Below are positions 25,846 to 32,000 of a stretch of DNA of 32,000 bases, piece by piece. Source of the DNA: Gemmata obscuriglobus. GTDB taxonomy: Bacteria; Planctomycetota; Planctomycetia; Gemmatales; Gemmataceae. The first letter of the stretch is position 1, and each line of letters opens with the position of its first letter. The translations under genes and the position numbers were made by a program. A model generated the notes under the pieces. The model ran no database searches, was not told the DNA's origin, and saw only the letters and a program-made list of their open reading frames with translations. The DNA lies in contig NZ_CP042911.1 in the NCBI RefSeq assembly GCF_008065095.1, forward strand, positions 7,140,001-7,172,000. Direction: 5' to 3'.

Positions 25846-25874
25846 TTTCTACCTCGCCCCGCTACGAGAGTCAA
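25846..25874 (-). promoter_or_regulatory. Sigma-70-like promoter candidate on the minus strand
   Basis: TTGACT (25874-25869), a 17-nt spacer, then TAGAAA (25851-25846). It sits immediately upstream of the terminator-like hairpin and about 245 nt upstream of the SET ATG. Confidence 0.3.
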
Positions 25875-26044
25875 CAACTTTCCCGCGGAAAAATCGCAGA
25901 ACCGTTCCGTGCTCGAACACGCCGCCGCCCGGCGCTCGTCGTAAGCCGTTGCGGAGCGAGCGTGCGGCGCTCGCTGGAGCGTAACACGGGCGCGCGCAAC
26001 TTGGCCTTCCCCTCTTGCGCGGCTTGTGGCATTCTCCCGCCCGC

Positions 26045-27076
26045 ATGGACGCACCCGAACTCCCCCCACCACCACCGCCGCCGGCCCCCGCGCGCCGGCT
26101 GACCCGCCGCCGGCTCCTCAAGCTCGCGGGCGGGGCCGCCGCGCTCGGCCTCGGCGCGGAGGTGCTGCGGGTCGTGGTGCGGACCAACGAGCACACTGTC
26201 ATCCCGGGCCGCGTGTACCGCACCGCCCAGCTCAAGCCGGAGCAGCTCCGCGAGCTGATCGCCGAGAAGGGCGTCCGCACGGTCGTGAACCTGCGCGGCG
26301 TGTGTACCGACACCGCCTGGTACCTCGGCGAGTGCCGCACCACGCACGCGGCGAACGTGAACCAGGAGGACATCACGTTCTCCGCCAAGCGGTTCCCGGC
26401 CCCGGGGGAGGTGCGGCGCCTCGTCGAGGTGCTCGACCACACCGCGTACCCGATCGTGTTCCACTGCCAGCGCGGGGCGGACCGCACCGGGCTGGCGTCC
26501 ACCGTCGCGGTGCTGCTCCACACCGACGCCGACCTCGCGACCGCCCGGCGCCAGTTGTGGCCGCGGTACGGGCACGTCGCGGTCGGCCGCACCGCCGTGC
26601 TCGACGCCTTCTTCGACTACTACGAGGCGTGGCTGGCCCGGCGCGGGGAGCCGCACGCCCCCGAGCGCTTCCGGCAGTGGGTGAACACCGACTACTGCCC
26701 GGGTCCGTACCGCGCCGAGCTGACCCTCGCCAGCGGCACCAGCTTCCCCACCGGGCGGGGCGTCCGGGTCGCCGTCCGCGCGCGGAACACCTCGATCGAG
26801 CCGTGGCGGTTCCACACCGGGCGCGGGGGCATCCGGCTGTGCCACACGGTCACCGCGGCGGACGGCACCAGAATGTACCGGTCGTACAGCGGCCACTTCG
26901 CCCGCGTCGTCGCGCCGGGCGAGGCGGTCGAGTTCGCCTGCGGGGTGCCGCCGCTCCCCCCGGGCACGTACCAGTTCCACGCGGACCTGATCGACGGCGA
27001 ACCGATCGAGCTGCTCGACACCGCGTTCGTGCAGTACGGGTCCGAGCCGCTCGCGGTCCCGCTCACCATCTCCTGA
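26045..27076 (+). CDS. Tat-signal Cys-X5-Arg phosphatase (PTP/DSP-like) with a C-terminal beta-sandwich-like domain
   Basis: I prefer the ATG at 26045. RRLTRRRLLKLAGGAAALGLGA looks like a twin-arginine signal. VFHCQRGADRTG matches the HCX5R(S/T) P-loop. Confidence 0.75.
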   Translation: MDAPELPPPPPPPAPARRLTRRRLLKLAGGAAALGLGAEVLRVVVRTNEHTVIPGRVYRTAQLKPEQLRELIAEKGVRTVVNLRGVCTDTAWYLGECRTTHAANVNQEDITFSAKRFPAPGEVRRLVEVLDHTAYPIVFHCQRGADRTGLASTVAVLLHTDADLATARRQLWPRYGHVAVGRTAVLDAFFDYYEAWLARRGEPHAPERFRQWVNTDYCPGPYRAELTLASGTSFPTGRGVRVAVRARNTSIEPWRFHTGRGGIRLCHTVTAADGTRMYRSYSGHFARVVAPGEAVEFACGVPPLPPGTYQFHADLIDGEPIELLDTAFVQYGSEPLAVPLTIS

Positions 27077-27087
27077 GGAGCCCGCCG

Positions 27088-28071
27088 ATGGGCCTGCTGT
27101 CCGTGGTCGTGCCGGTGAAAGACGAGCGGGACAACGTGCGCCCGATGTTCGACCGCGTCCGCGCCGCGCTGGACGGCGCGGGAACCGGCCCGTGGGAGCT
27201 GGTCTTCGTGGACGACGGCAGCGCGGACGACACGTTCGCGCTGCTCGAGGCCGTGTCCCGGGGCGACGCCCGGGTGAAGGTGGTCCGGCTGCGCCGCAAC
27301 TTCGGCCAGAGCGCCGCGACCCAGGCCGGGATCGACGCCGCGACCGGGGACGTGATCGTGACGATGGACGGCGACCTCCAGAACGACCCCGCCGACATCC
27401 CGCTGATGCTCGCGAAGCTGGACGAGGGGTACGACGCGGTGCTGGGCCAGCGCCAGAAGCGGCAGGACAAGCTCTTGCTGCGCAAGGTGCCGAGCTTCGT
27501 GGCCAACTGGTTCATCCGCAAGGTGCTGGGCGTGCCGTTCAAGGACTTCGGCTGCACCCTGCGGGCGGTGCGGCGCGAGGTGTTCGACGGCCTGGTGCTG
27601 TACGGCGAGATGCACCGGTTCATCACCGCGCTGATCATGCTGCAGGGCGCGAAGGTGACGCAGGTGCCGGTGCGCCACCACCCGCGCACGGCGGGCCAGT
27701 CGAAGTACAACCTGACGCGCTCGGTGCGGGTGATGCTCGACCTGATGACGGTGAAGTTCCAGGGGAGCTTCCAGACCCGCCCGATGCACCTGTTCGGCGG
27801 GCTGGGGCTGCTGTGCATGTTCGCGGGGTTCGTGAGCGTGGCGGCGAGCGTGGTGATCAAGTACACCACCGGCCCCGGAATGACCCAGAACCCGCTCTTC
27901 CTGCTGGGGGCGGTCGCGAGCCTGATCGGGGTGCAGTTCGTGTCGCTCGGGCTGATGGGCGAGGTGCTCACCCGCGTGTACTACGAGAGCCAGGGCAAGC
28001 GCCCCTACGTCGTGCGCGAGCGCCGGAACCTCGACCGCGGGCCGCTCCCGTCCGGGCGCATCGCGGCGTGA
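27088..28071 (+). CDS. GT2 polyprenyl-phosphate glycosyltransferase (DPM1/ArnC/GtrB-like)
   Basis: ATG at 27088 is preceded by GAGGAG and lies 11 nt after the phosphatase stop. Matching segments are LSVVVPVKDE, FVDDGSADDT, VTMDGDLQND (DXD) and QSKYN, plus two C-terminal TM helices. Confidence 0.85.
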   Translation: MGLLSVVVPVKDERDNVRPMFDRVRAALDGAGTGPWELVFVDDGSADDTFALLEAVSRGDARVKVVRLRRNFGQSAATQAGIDAATGDVIVTMDGDLQNDPADIPLMLAKLDEGYDAVLGQRQKRQDKLLLRKVPSFVANWFIRKVLGVPFKDFGCTLRAVRREVFDGLVLYGEMHRFITALIMLQGAKVTQVPVRHHPRTAGQSKYNLTRSVRVMLDLMTVKFQGSFQTRPMHLFGGLGLLCMFAGFVSVAASVVIKYTTGPGMTQNPLFLLGAVASLIGVQFVSLGLMGEVLTRVYYESQGKRPYVVRERRNLDRGPLPSGRIAA

Positions 28072-28186
28072 GGCGGCGCGCCGGGTGGTAGTGTCGCTTC
28101 CTGTTGACGAGCCGCGACCGCCAGGGAGTGGGGTACGTGGCACCGCCCACTGGCGGTCGGCGCGCCCGTCCGTTCGCTCGTCACTT

Positions 28187-28340
28187 CTCATTCACGGTCC
28201 GGTTGCGGGTGTCCGTTTTGGGCTGATGCCTTTGTGGCAGACATTCCTGTCTGTGCCACGAGAAGGCTGTACAGACATCTCTGTCTGTGCCACAACGATA
28301 TCAGCCCAGAGCGGACACCCGCAACCGGACCGTGAATGAG
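28187..28340. repeat. Nested palindromic element, GTGGCACAGACA family (copy P2)
   Basis: Perfect 29-nt outer arms: ctcattcacggtccggttgcgggtgtccg (28187-28215) pairs with 28312-28340. There is an inner 9-bp tgggctgat/atcagccca pairing and two internal small hairpins. The first 16 nt are identical to P1. Confidence 0.85.
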
Positions 28341-28345
28341 GGCGC

Positions 28346-28771
28346 GTGATGGAATCGTTCGAATTGCCCCAGTTCTCCCCGGGTGCCCTGGCCGTCCTCG
28401 ACCGGATGCCGTTCGATCCGACGGCACGCAGCCGCTACGATTTGATGTCCGACGGGCTCATTTGGTCGGACGAGTTCCCGCCGCCCGGTTCCGCCGCGTG
28501 GGCGTTGGTGCGCACGCAGTGGGTATATCGGTACTTGATCGCGTACCGCCGGGCGGTCACACTCGGAGAGGAACGAGCCGGGTTCCTCCCGGTCTGGGAG
28601 CAGGTGGCCCGCCACGCGCCCAACTGGCCGGGGCTGCGACCGGAGCGCCGGGGGGAGCGAGCGGCCCGGCGGTTGCGTGCGGCGCTCCGCGGGCAAGATG
28701 CGTGCCTCGCGGCGCTTGAGGCGCAATTGGGAGAGGGGAGCGACGGTGCCGGCCCGGCCCCGAACACGTAG
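28346..28771 (+). CDS. Hypothetical protein (141 aa)
   Basis: ATG-ATG start 6 nt after the end of element P2. Third codon positions are G/C-rich and the composition is ordinary. I recognise no family. Confidence 0.5.
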   Translation: MMESFELPQFSPGALAVLDRMPFDPTARSRYDLMSDGLIWSDEFPPPGSAAWALVRTQWVYRYLIAYRRAVTLGEERAGFLPVWEQVARHAPNWPGLRPERRGERAARRLRAALRGQDACLAALEAQLGEGSDGAGPAPNT

Positions 28772-28864
28772 TTCGTTTCCCGTGGCTCACCGATCGCGTT
28801 TGCCGCACACGGAAACCACAGCCGGGCCGGTGAGCGCCGCGCCCGACACAGAGGAGCGGTTCTT

Positions 28865-29390
28865 GTGCAACCCCGTGCGCAGTTAGAAGCGAATGCCCCG
28901 GTGCGTGGCACATGCCATCAATCTCGGCAACGCGATTGTCTCCGGATTGCGGGCGGGGTGCTGGTTCTGCTGGTGGTCGCGACCCACGCACCTTTAGCCC
29001 GGTGGCTGACCCGCAGCCGCGGCGAGCACCTGACCCGCACGGAGGTTGTGGGCCGGGTTCAGCTCGATGTCCCCCCGCAAGCGTCGGACATTCGCTTCTA
29101 CCAGCACCGGCACCCCCGAGACGGTAATCGCCGTCGATTTCGCGATCACGGAGCACGACTTCGTGGCCTGGGCCGTAGGACAGGGGTGGAACCCAGAGCC
29201 GATCGTCGGGAGCATCACGATCTGGCCGCGGTCGGGTTTCGGCGACCGGGCCACCGTGGTTGAAGTCACCGACGGACTCGGCGGTAGCACGTTGCAGCGC
29301 GGCGTGCCGAACACGTACTCGGCGACCTACGACCGGCGCACGCAGCGTGCGTACTACGGGTTCTGCTCAGAGCCCTGCAATGAGAACTGA
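28865..29390 (+). pseudogene. Membrane-anchored hypothetical gene split by a +1 frame break at a C5 run
   Basis: Frame A (28865-29116) reads ...RIAGGVLVLLVVATHA...DIRFYQHRHP. Frame B (29118-29390) reads ETVIAVDFAITEHDFVAWAVGQGW...SEPCNEN. Removing one C from CCCCC at 29113-29117 joins them into one continuous ORF. Confidence 0.4.
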
Positions 29391-29740
29391 AGCCGCGAGC
29401 CGAACCGGCGGCGGGGAACCGTCAGTGCGACAACCGGGGCGGGGATGCGCCGGCGGCCAAGGCGCACGGTCGTTAACCCGGTGTTCTCCGTCCGTACCGC
29501 TCGGGCACCACGCAGCGACTGGCCGCGGCGTTCGGCATCGGCGTCCGGGATTTCGCACGAGAGGAACGGGAGCGCGGGTCGGCGAACATCGAACTCCTGC
29601 AAGAGGTGTTCGGGTGGGACCGGGTGAAGACCTTCCTGGGGCGGCGCGACGCCGGGTTCCGCCACTTCTTCACCGTTCCGCACCGAACCACCCACGCCCG
29701 TCTGGCTTGCGGCCGCTCGCCCGTGGCACCCCCGGCGCCG

Positions 29741-31591
29741 TTACTTCCAGTCCAGCCCGGAAACACTTCGTTTACCGTCCGAGGTCAGTATCGTCTTCGG
29801 GTTCCCCCCGTCGGGATCGGCCACCGTCACCCGATCGGCCCACCCTTTTCCCCCTTCTACGCCCAACACCTGGTTCGGTTCCACAGGCACCTCCTCGCAC
29901 CAGTGGAACGCGATCCGCCGGCCGTTCGGGGACCAACACGCCTGATACACCCTGTCCGCGCCGGCGGGCAGTTTGACCGCCCGCTCGGACCCATCGGCCA
30001 CCGCCACCACCGTCAGCGACCGTGTCAATGGGACCAAGTCCTTTTCGACCCGAACCCCCAGCACCGACTTCCCATCCGGCGAAAGCCGCTGCCCATCGAA
30101 CCGCTTCTCGGTGAGCAGTTGCGGCTTCAGGGTCGCGACCGGTATCAGGTACGTCCGGCTCGGGTAGACATCATTGAGCGTCATGGTAACCGCCAGCAGG
30201 GTTTTCCCGTCGCGCGAGACGTCGACGATCCCGTACCCGGCCGGTAACTCCAGCGGGGCCTTCTTCTTCGTCTTCAGGTCGTACACCCACGTCGCGACCG
30301 GCGCCGGCTTGTCCGCCGCCACGTCCTTCACGTCGGGGGGCAGGTGCGACACGTACAGCTTCGTCCCGTCCGGGTGCCACGCGAAGAACATGCACCGCAT
30401 GCCGGAAATCAGTGGCTCACCCGGCCCGTCCTTGCTGGCGGGGTCGAAAACGTGCAGGTCGATCGAGGCCCACGGACCGGAGTTCGGAACGAACGGCCCC
30501 ACCTTGGTAACCGCGAGGCGGGTGCCGTCCGGCGAGTACCGGGGACGCCACACATGCCCCAGTTCCCCCATCGACAGCCGACGAGCCGGGGTGCCATCGG
30601 GTTTGAACACCTCGGCCACGCCATCAGCAGCGTGGAACGAGGTGACGAGCAGTTGCTCCTCGCGTGGCGGCGCGACGCGGACCGGCGCCGGGCGCGCCGC
30701 GATCCGGCCGGCGCCCGCACGGGAGACGACCGGCGGGCCGGTGTGTTCGGCCGCTCCGGCGACGGCCAGCGCCACCAGCAGGGCGCTTCCGACCAACGCA
30801 ACCTTCCATTTCTCCAGCAGCATGGCTTTGAATCCCCCGTGTGTGAGCGAGGCGACGTGTGGGGGTAGCGCCCCGCCCGCCGCGACCAGTTCGGCCGTGT
30901 CAACGGTCCGCCGGATCAGCCGCGGGGGTATGGCCCCGGCGGCCGTACCGGCGGCCAGTTCGATCGCAAGTGCCGCGACGGACAGTGTGATGCCGCGGCG
31001 GGACAGCCGGCCGGCGAGCATCGCCCGCCCCCGGCTCAACCGGGCGGCGATCGTGCCCTCCGGGCACCCCAACTGCCTGGCGGCCTCGGCGTGTGTTCGG
31101 CCCTCAAGGTCGCACAGGAGGATCGCTTCCCGGTACCGGGCCGGCAGACCGCTTAACTCGCGATCAAGGGCCGGTCGGAGGTCGGACGAATCGGGCACCG
31201 GCGGCGCCATCGGTTCCGCGGGCGCCGCCGAGAGCCGCTCGCGCGTGCGCCGCCGGGCCTCCCGCGCGCGGGCCTTGAGCGCGGTGTTGTAAGCGACCCC
31301 GTGCAGCCAGTTCGCCACCCGGTCCCGGGGCGCGACGGCGCTCGCCCGCGCGACGAGGACCAGGAACGTGGCCTGGAAGGCATCTTCAGCGGCGTGATAG
31401 TCGGACAGCAGTCGGCGGCAGACGCCCCACACCATCGCCCCGTGCCGGCGAACCAGATGTGCAAACGCCTCCGCATCGCCGGACCGAACGTAGCGCCCGA
31501 GCAACTCGTCGTCGGACGGTTCGCCGCCGTCCCGGCCCACGACAACCCCGCGGAGCCGGCTGGCGAGTGGACCGGCGTGAGCGTTTATCAT
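29741..31591 (-). CDS. ECF sigma-70-family factor fused to a TM helix and a PD40/WD40-like beta-propeller
   Basis: 616 aa. Region 2 is FAHLVRRHGAMVWGVCRRLL...AEDAFQATFLVL. Region 4 is EAARQLGCPEGTIAARLSRGRAML. The TM helix is KVALVGSALLVALAVAGAA. Repeats follow: YSPDGTRLAV, WHPDGTKLYV, VSRDGKTLLAV, LSPDGKSVLGV and WSPNGRRIAF. Confidence 0.88.
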   Translation of the reverse strand: MINAHAGPLASRLRGVVVGRDGGEPSDDELLGRYVRSGDAEAFAHLVRRHGAMVWGVCRRLLSDYHAAEDAFQATFLVLVARASAVAPRDRVANWLHGVAYNTALKARAREARRRTRERLSAAPAEPMAPPVPDSSDLRPALDRELSGLPARYREAILLCDLEGRTHAEAARQLGCPEGTIAARLSRGRAMLAGRLSRRGITLSVAALAIELAAGTAAGAIPPRLIRRTVDTAELVAAGGALPPHVASLTHGGFKAMLLEKWKVALVGSALLVALAVAGAAEHTGPPVVSRAGAGRIAARPAPVRVAPPREEQLLVTSFHAADGVAEVFKPDGTPARRLSMGELGHVWRPRYSPDGTRLAVTKVGPFVPNSGPWASIDLHVFDPASKDGPGEPLISGMRCMFFAWHPDGTKLYVSHLPPDVKDVAADKPAPVATWVYDLKTKKKAPLELPAGYGIVDVSRDGKTLLAVTMTLNDVYPSRTYLIPVATLKPQLLTEKRFDGQRLSPDGKSVLGVRVEKDLVPLTRSLTVVAVADGSERAVKLPAGADRVYQACWSPNGRRIAFHWCEEVPVEPNQVLGVEGGKGWADRVTVADPDGGNPKTILTSDGKRSVSGLDWK

Positions 31592-31636
31592 GTCGGCACC
31601 TCGGTGACGCCCTCATCGTTACCTACTGTTTCCCGG

Positions 31637-31662
31637 GCAGGGCGCCGTCCTTGCATTTTTTT
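31637..31662 (+). terminator. Terminator-like hairpin with a T7 tract in a divergent intergenic region
   Basis: gcaggg-cgccgt-ccttgc (6-bp stem including one G:T) is followed by a-ttttttt. It lies about 95 nt upstream of the ATG at 31759. Confidence 0.3.
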
Positions 31663-31758
31663 CTGCGGAGCCCGTAGACCGACTGCTCGGCACCGCTCCG
31701 ACCGCCGTTCGGCTTGTAACCTGGCGCGGATCGGTCATGCTGGGGACGGAGGTGCGGT

Positions 31759-32000
31759 ATGACGGAAGCAGAGTGGCTAGTAGCGACTGACCCAATGGCA
31801 CTTCTCCGGCATTTAGGGGCCGAGCAGGCAGGTCGGAAATACCTTCTGTACCTTGTCGCTGCGTGTCGGCACATTACCCATCTGTTCCACGCTCCAGCAA
31901 GCGTCGAAGCTGTCGGAATTGCGGAGCGGTATGCCGACGGCGCGGCGGACGGTGAGGAAATGGCAGGAGCCAACGGGATCGCCGAGTCGCCAACGTTCGG
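31759..32000 (+). CDS. Hypothetical protein, 3' partial (runs off the window; absent from the ORF track)
   Basis: ATG at 31759 is preceded by GGAGG 6 nt upstream. The frame is open to nt 32000: MTEAEWLVATDPMALLRHLGAEQAGRKYLLYLVAACRHITHLF...AERYADG.... The N-terminus resembles a paralogous family I recall from planctomycete and myxobacterial genomes. Confidence 0.5.
   Translation, partial: MTEAEWLVATDPMALLRHLGAEQAGRKYLLYLVAACRHITHLFHAPASVEAVGIAERYADGAADGEEMAGANGIAESPTF

Noticed and set aside
24927-26980. ORFs 24927-25841 (+), 25849-26592 (-) and 25871-26980 (-)
   Set aside because: They are antisense to the SET gene or the phosphatase gene, or they cross the divergent intergenic region, and they have no domain signatures. 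The 53-codon tail starting at an ATG near 26033 is very basic and loses its G/C third-position bias.
26026-27087. The N-terminal 354 codons of the 681-aa ORF 26026-28071
   Set aside because: This part is out of frame with the phosphatase it overlaps and is Arg/Pro/Gly-rich. The GT2 protein starts at the internal ATG at 27088, which has a GAGGAG RBS and a canonical GT2 N-terminus.
28085-28427. Two ORFs on opposite strands that encode nearly the same peptide (LIHGPVAGVR.GL)
   Set aside because: This is a mirror artefact of translating both strands of palindromic element P2, not coding sequence. The same effect produces STGYTG/PVYPVDPVK at 19796-20334 and GKRAKSK at 22329-22600.
1-32000. tRNA, rRNA, tmRNA, RNase P RNA, SRP RNA, common riboswitch cores, and transposase, integrase or phage genes
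   Set aside because: I scanned by eye for T-loop GTTCGAATC-type motifs, conserved RNase P and SRP boxes, B12/TPP/SAM cores and mobile-element protein signatures. I found none, but eye scanning cannot exclude divergent RNAs.

Overview
This is a high-GC chromosomal segment whose gene content looks planctomycete, most like Gemmata. The pointers are a giant PVC-type dehydrogenase/heme-binding/DUF1080 protein, an ECF sigma factor fused to a TM helix and a PD40/WD40-like beta-propeller, and HEAT-repeat proteins. I support 24 protein-coding genes and one frame-disrupted gene. These include an orphan cheW-mcp-mcp chemotaxis cluster, argG, an S9 (DPP-IV-like) peptidase, OsmC, GT4 and GT2 glycosyltransferases, a JAMM/MPN+ protein, a bacterial SET-domain protein and a Tat-signal Cys-X5-Arg phosphatase. 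I found no rRNA, tRNA, CRISPR array, transposase, integrase or phage gene. Most long ORFs in the track are antisense or out-of-frame shadows typical of high-GC DNA. I did not recognise a new multi-gene protein system. The unexplained signal is in the noncoding DNA: (1) a ~180-190-nt element present twice, each copy in an ~0.8-kb gene-free gap between convergent genes; (2) a TGTAACC(C/T)CGTTACA palindrome present three times; (3) two families of long nested palindromes, one built from ACAGGAT heptads and one with a GTGGCACAGACA core, plus a singleton 21-bp hairpin, each lying 11 to ~115 nt 3' of a gene; (4) three tandem hairpins displaying GGGGGAA loops; (5) sigma-28-like promoters ahead of the chemotaxis genes; (6) intrinsic-terminator-like hairpins inside two divergent promoter regions. 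The two MCP genes share a near-identical ~1.07-kb 3' portion. All calls come from reading the sequence and ORF translations; no searches were run.
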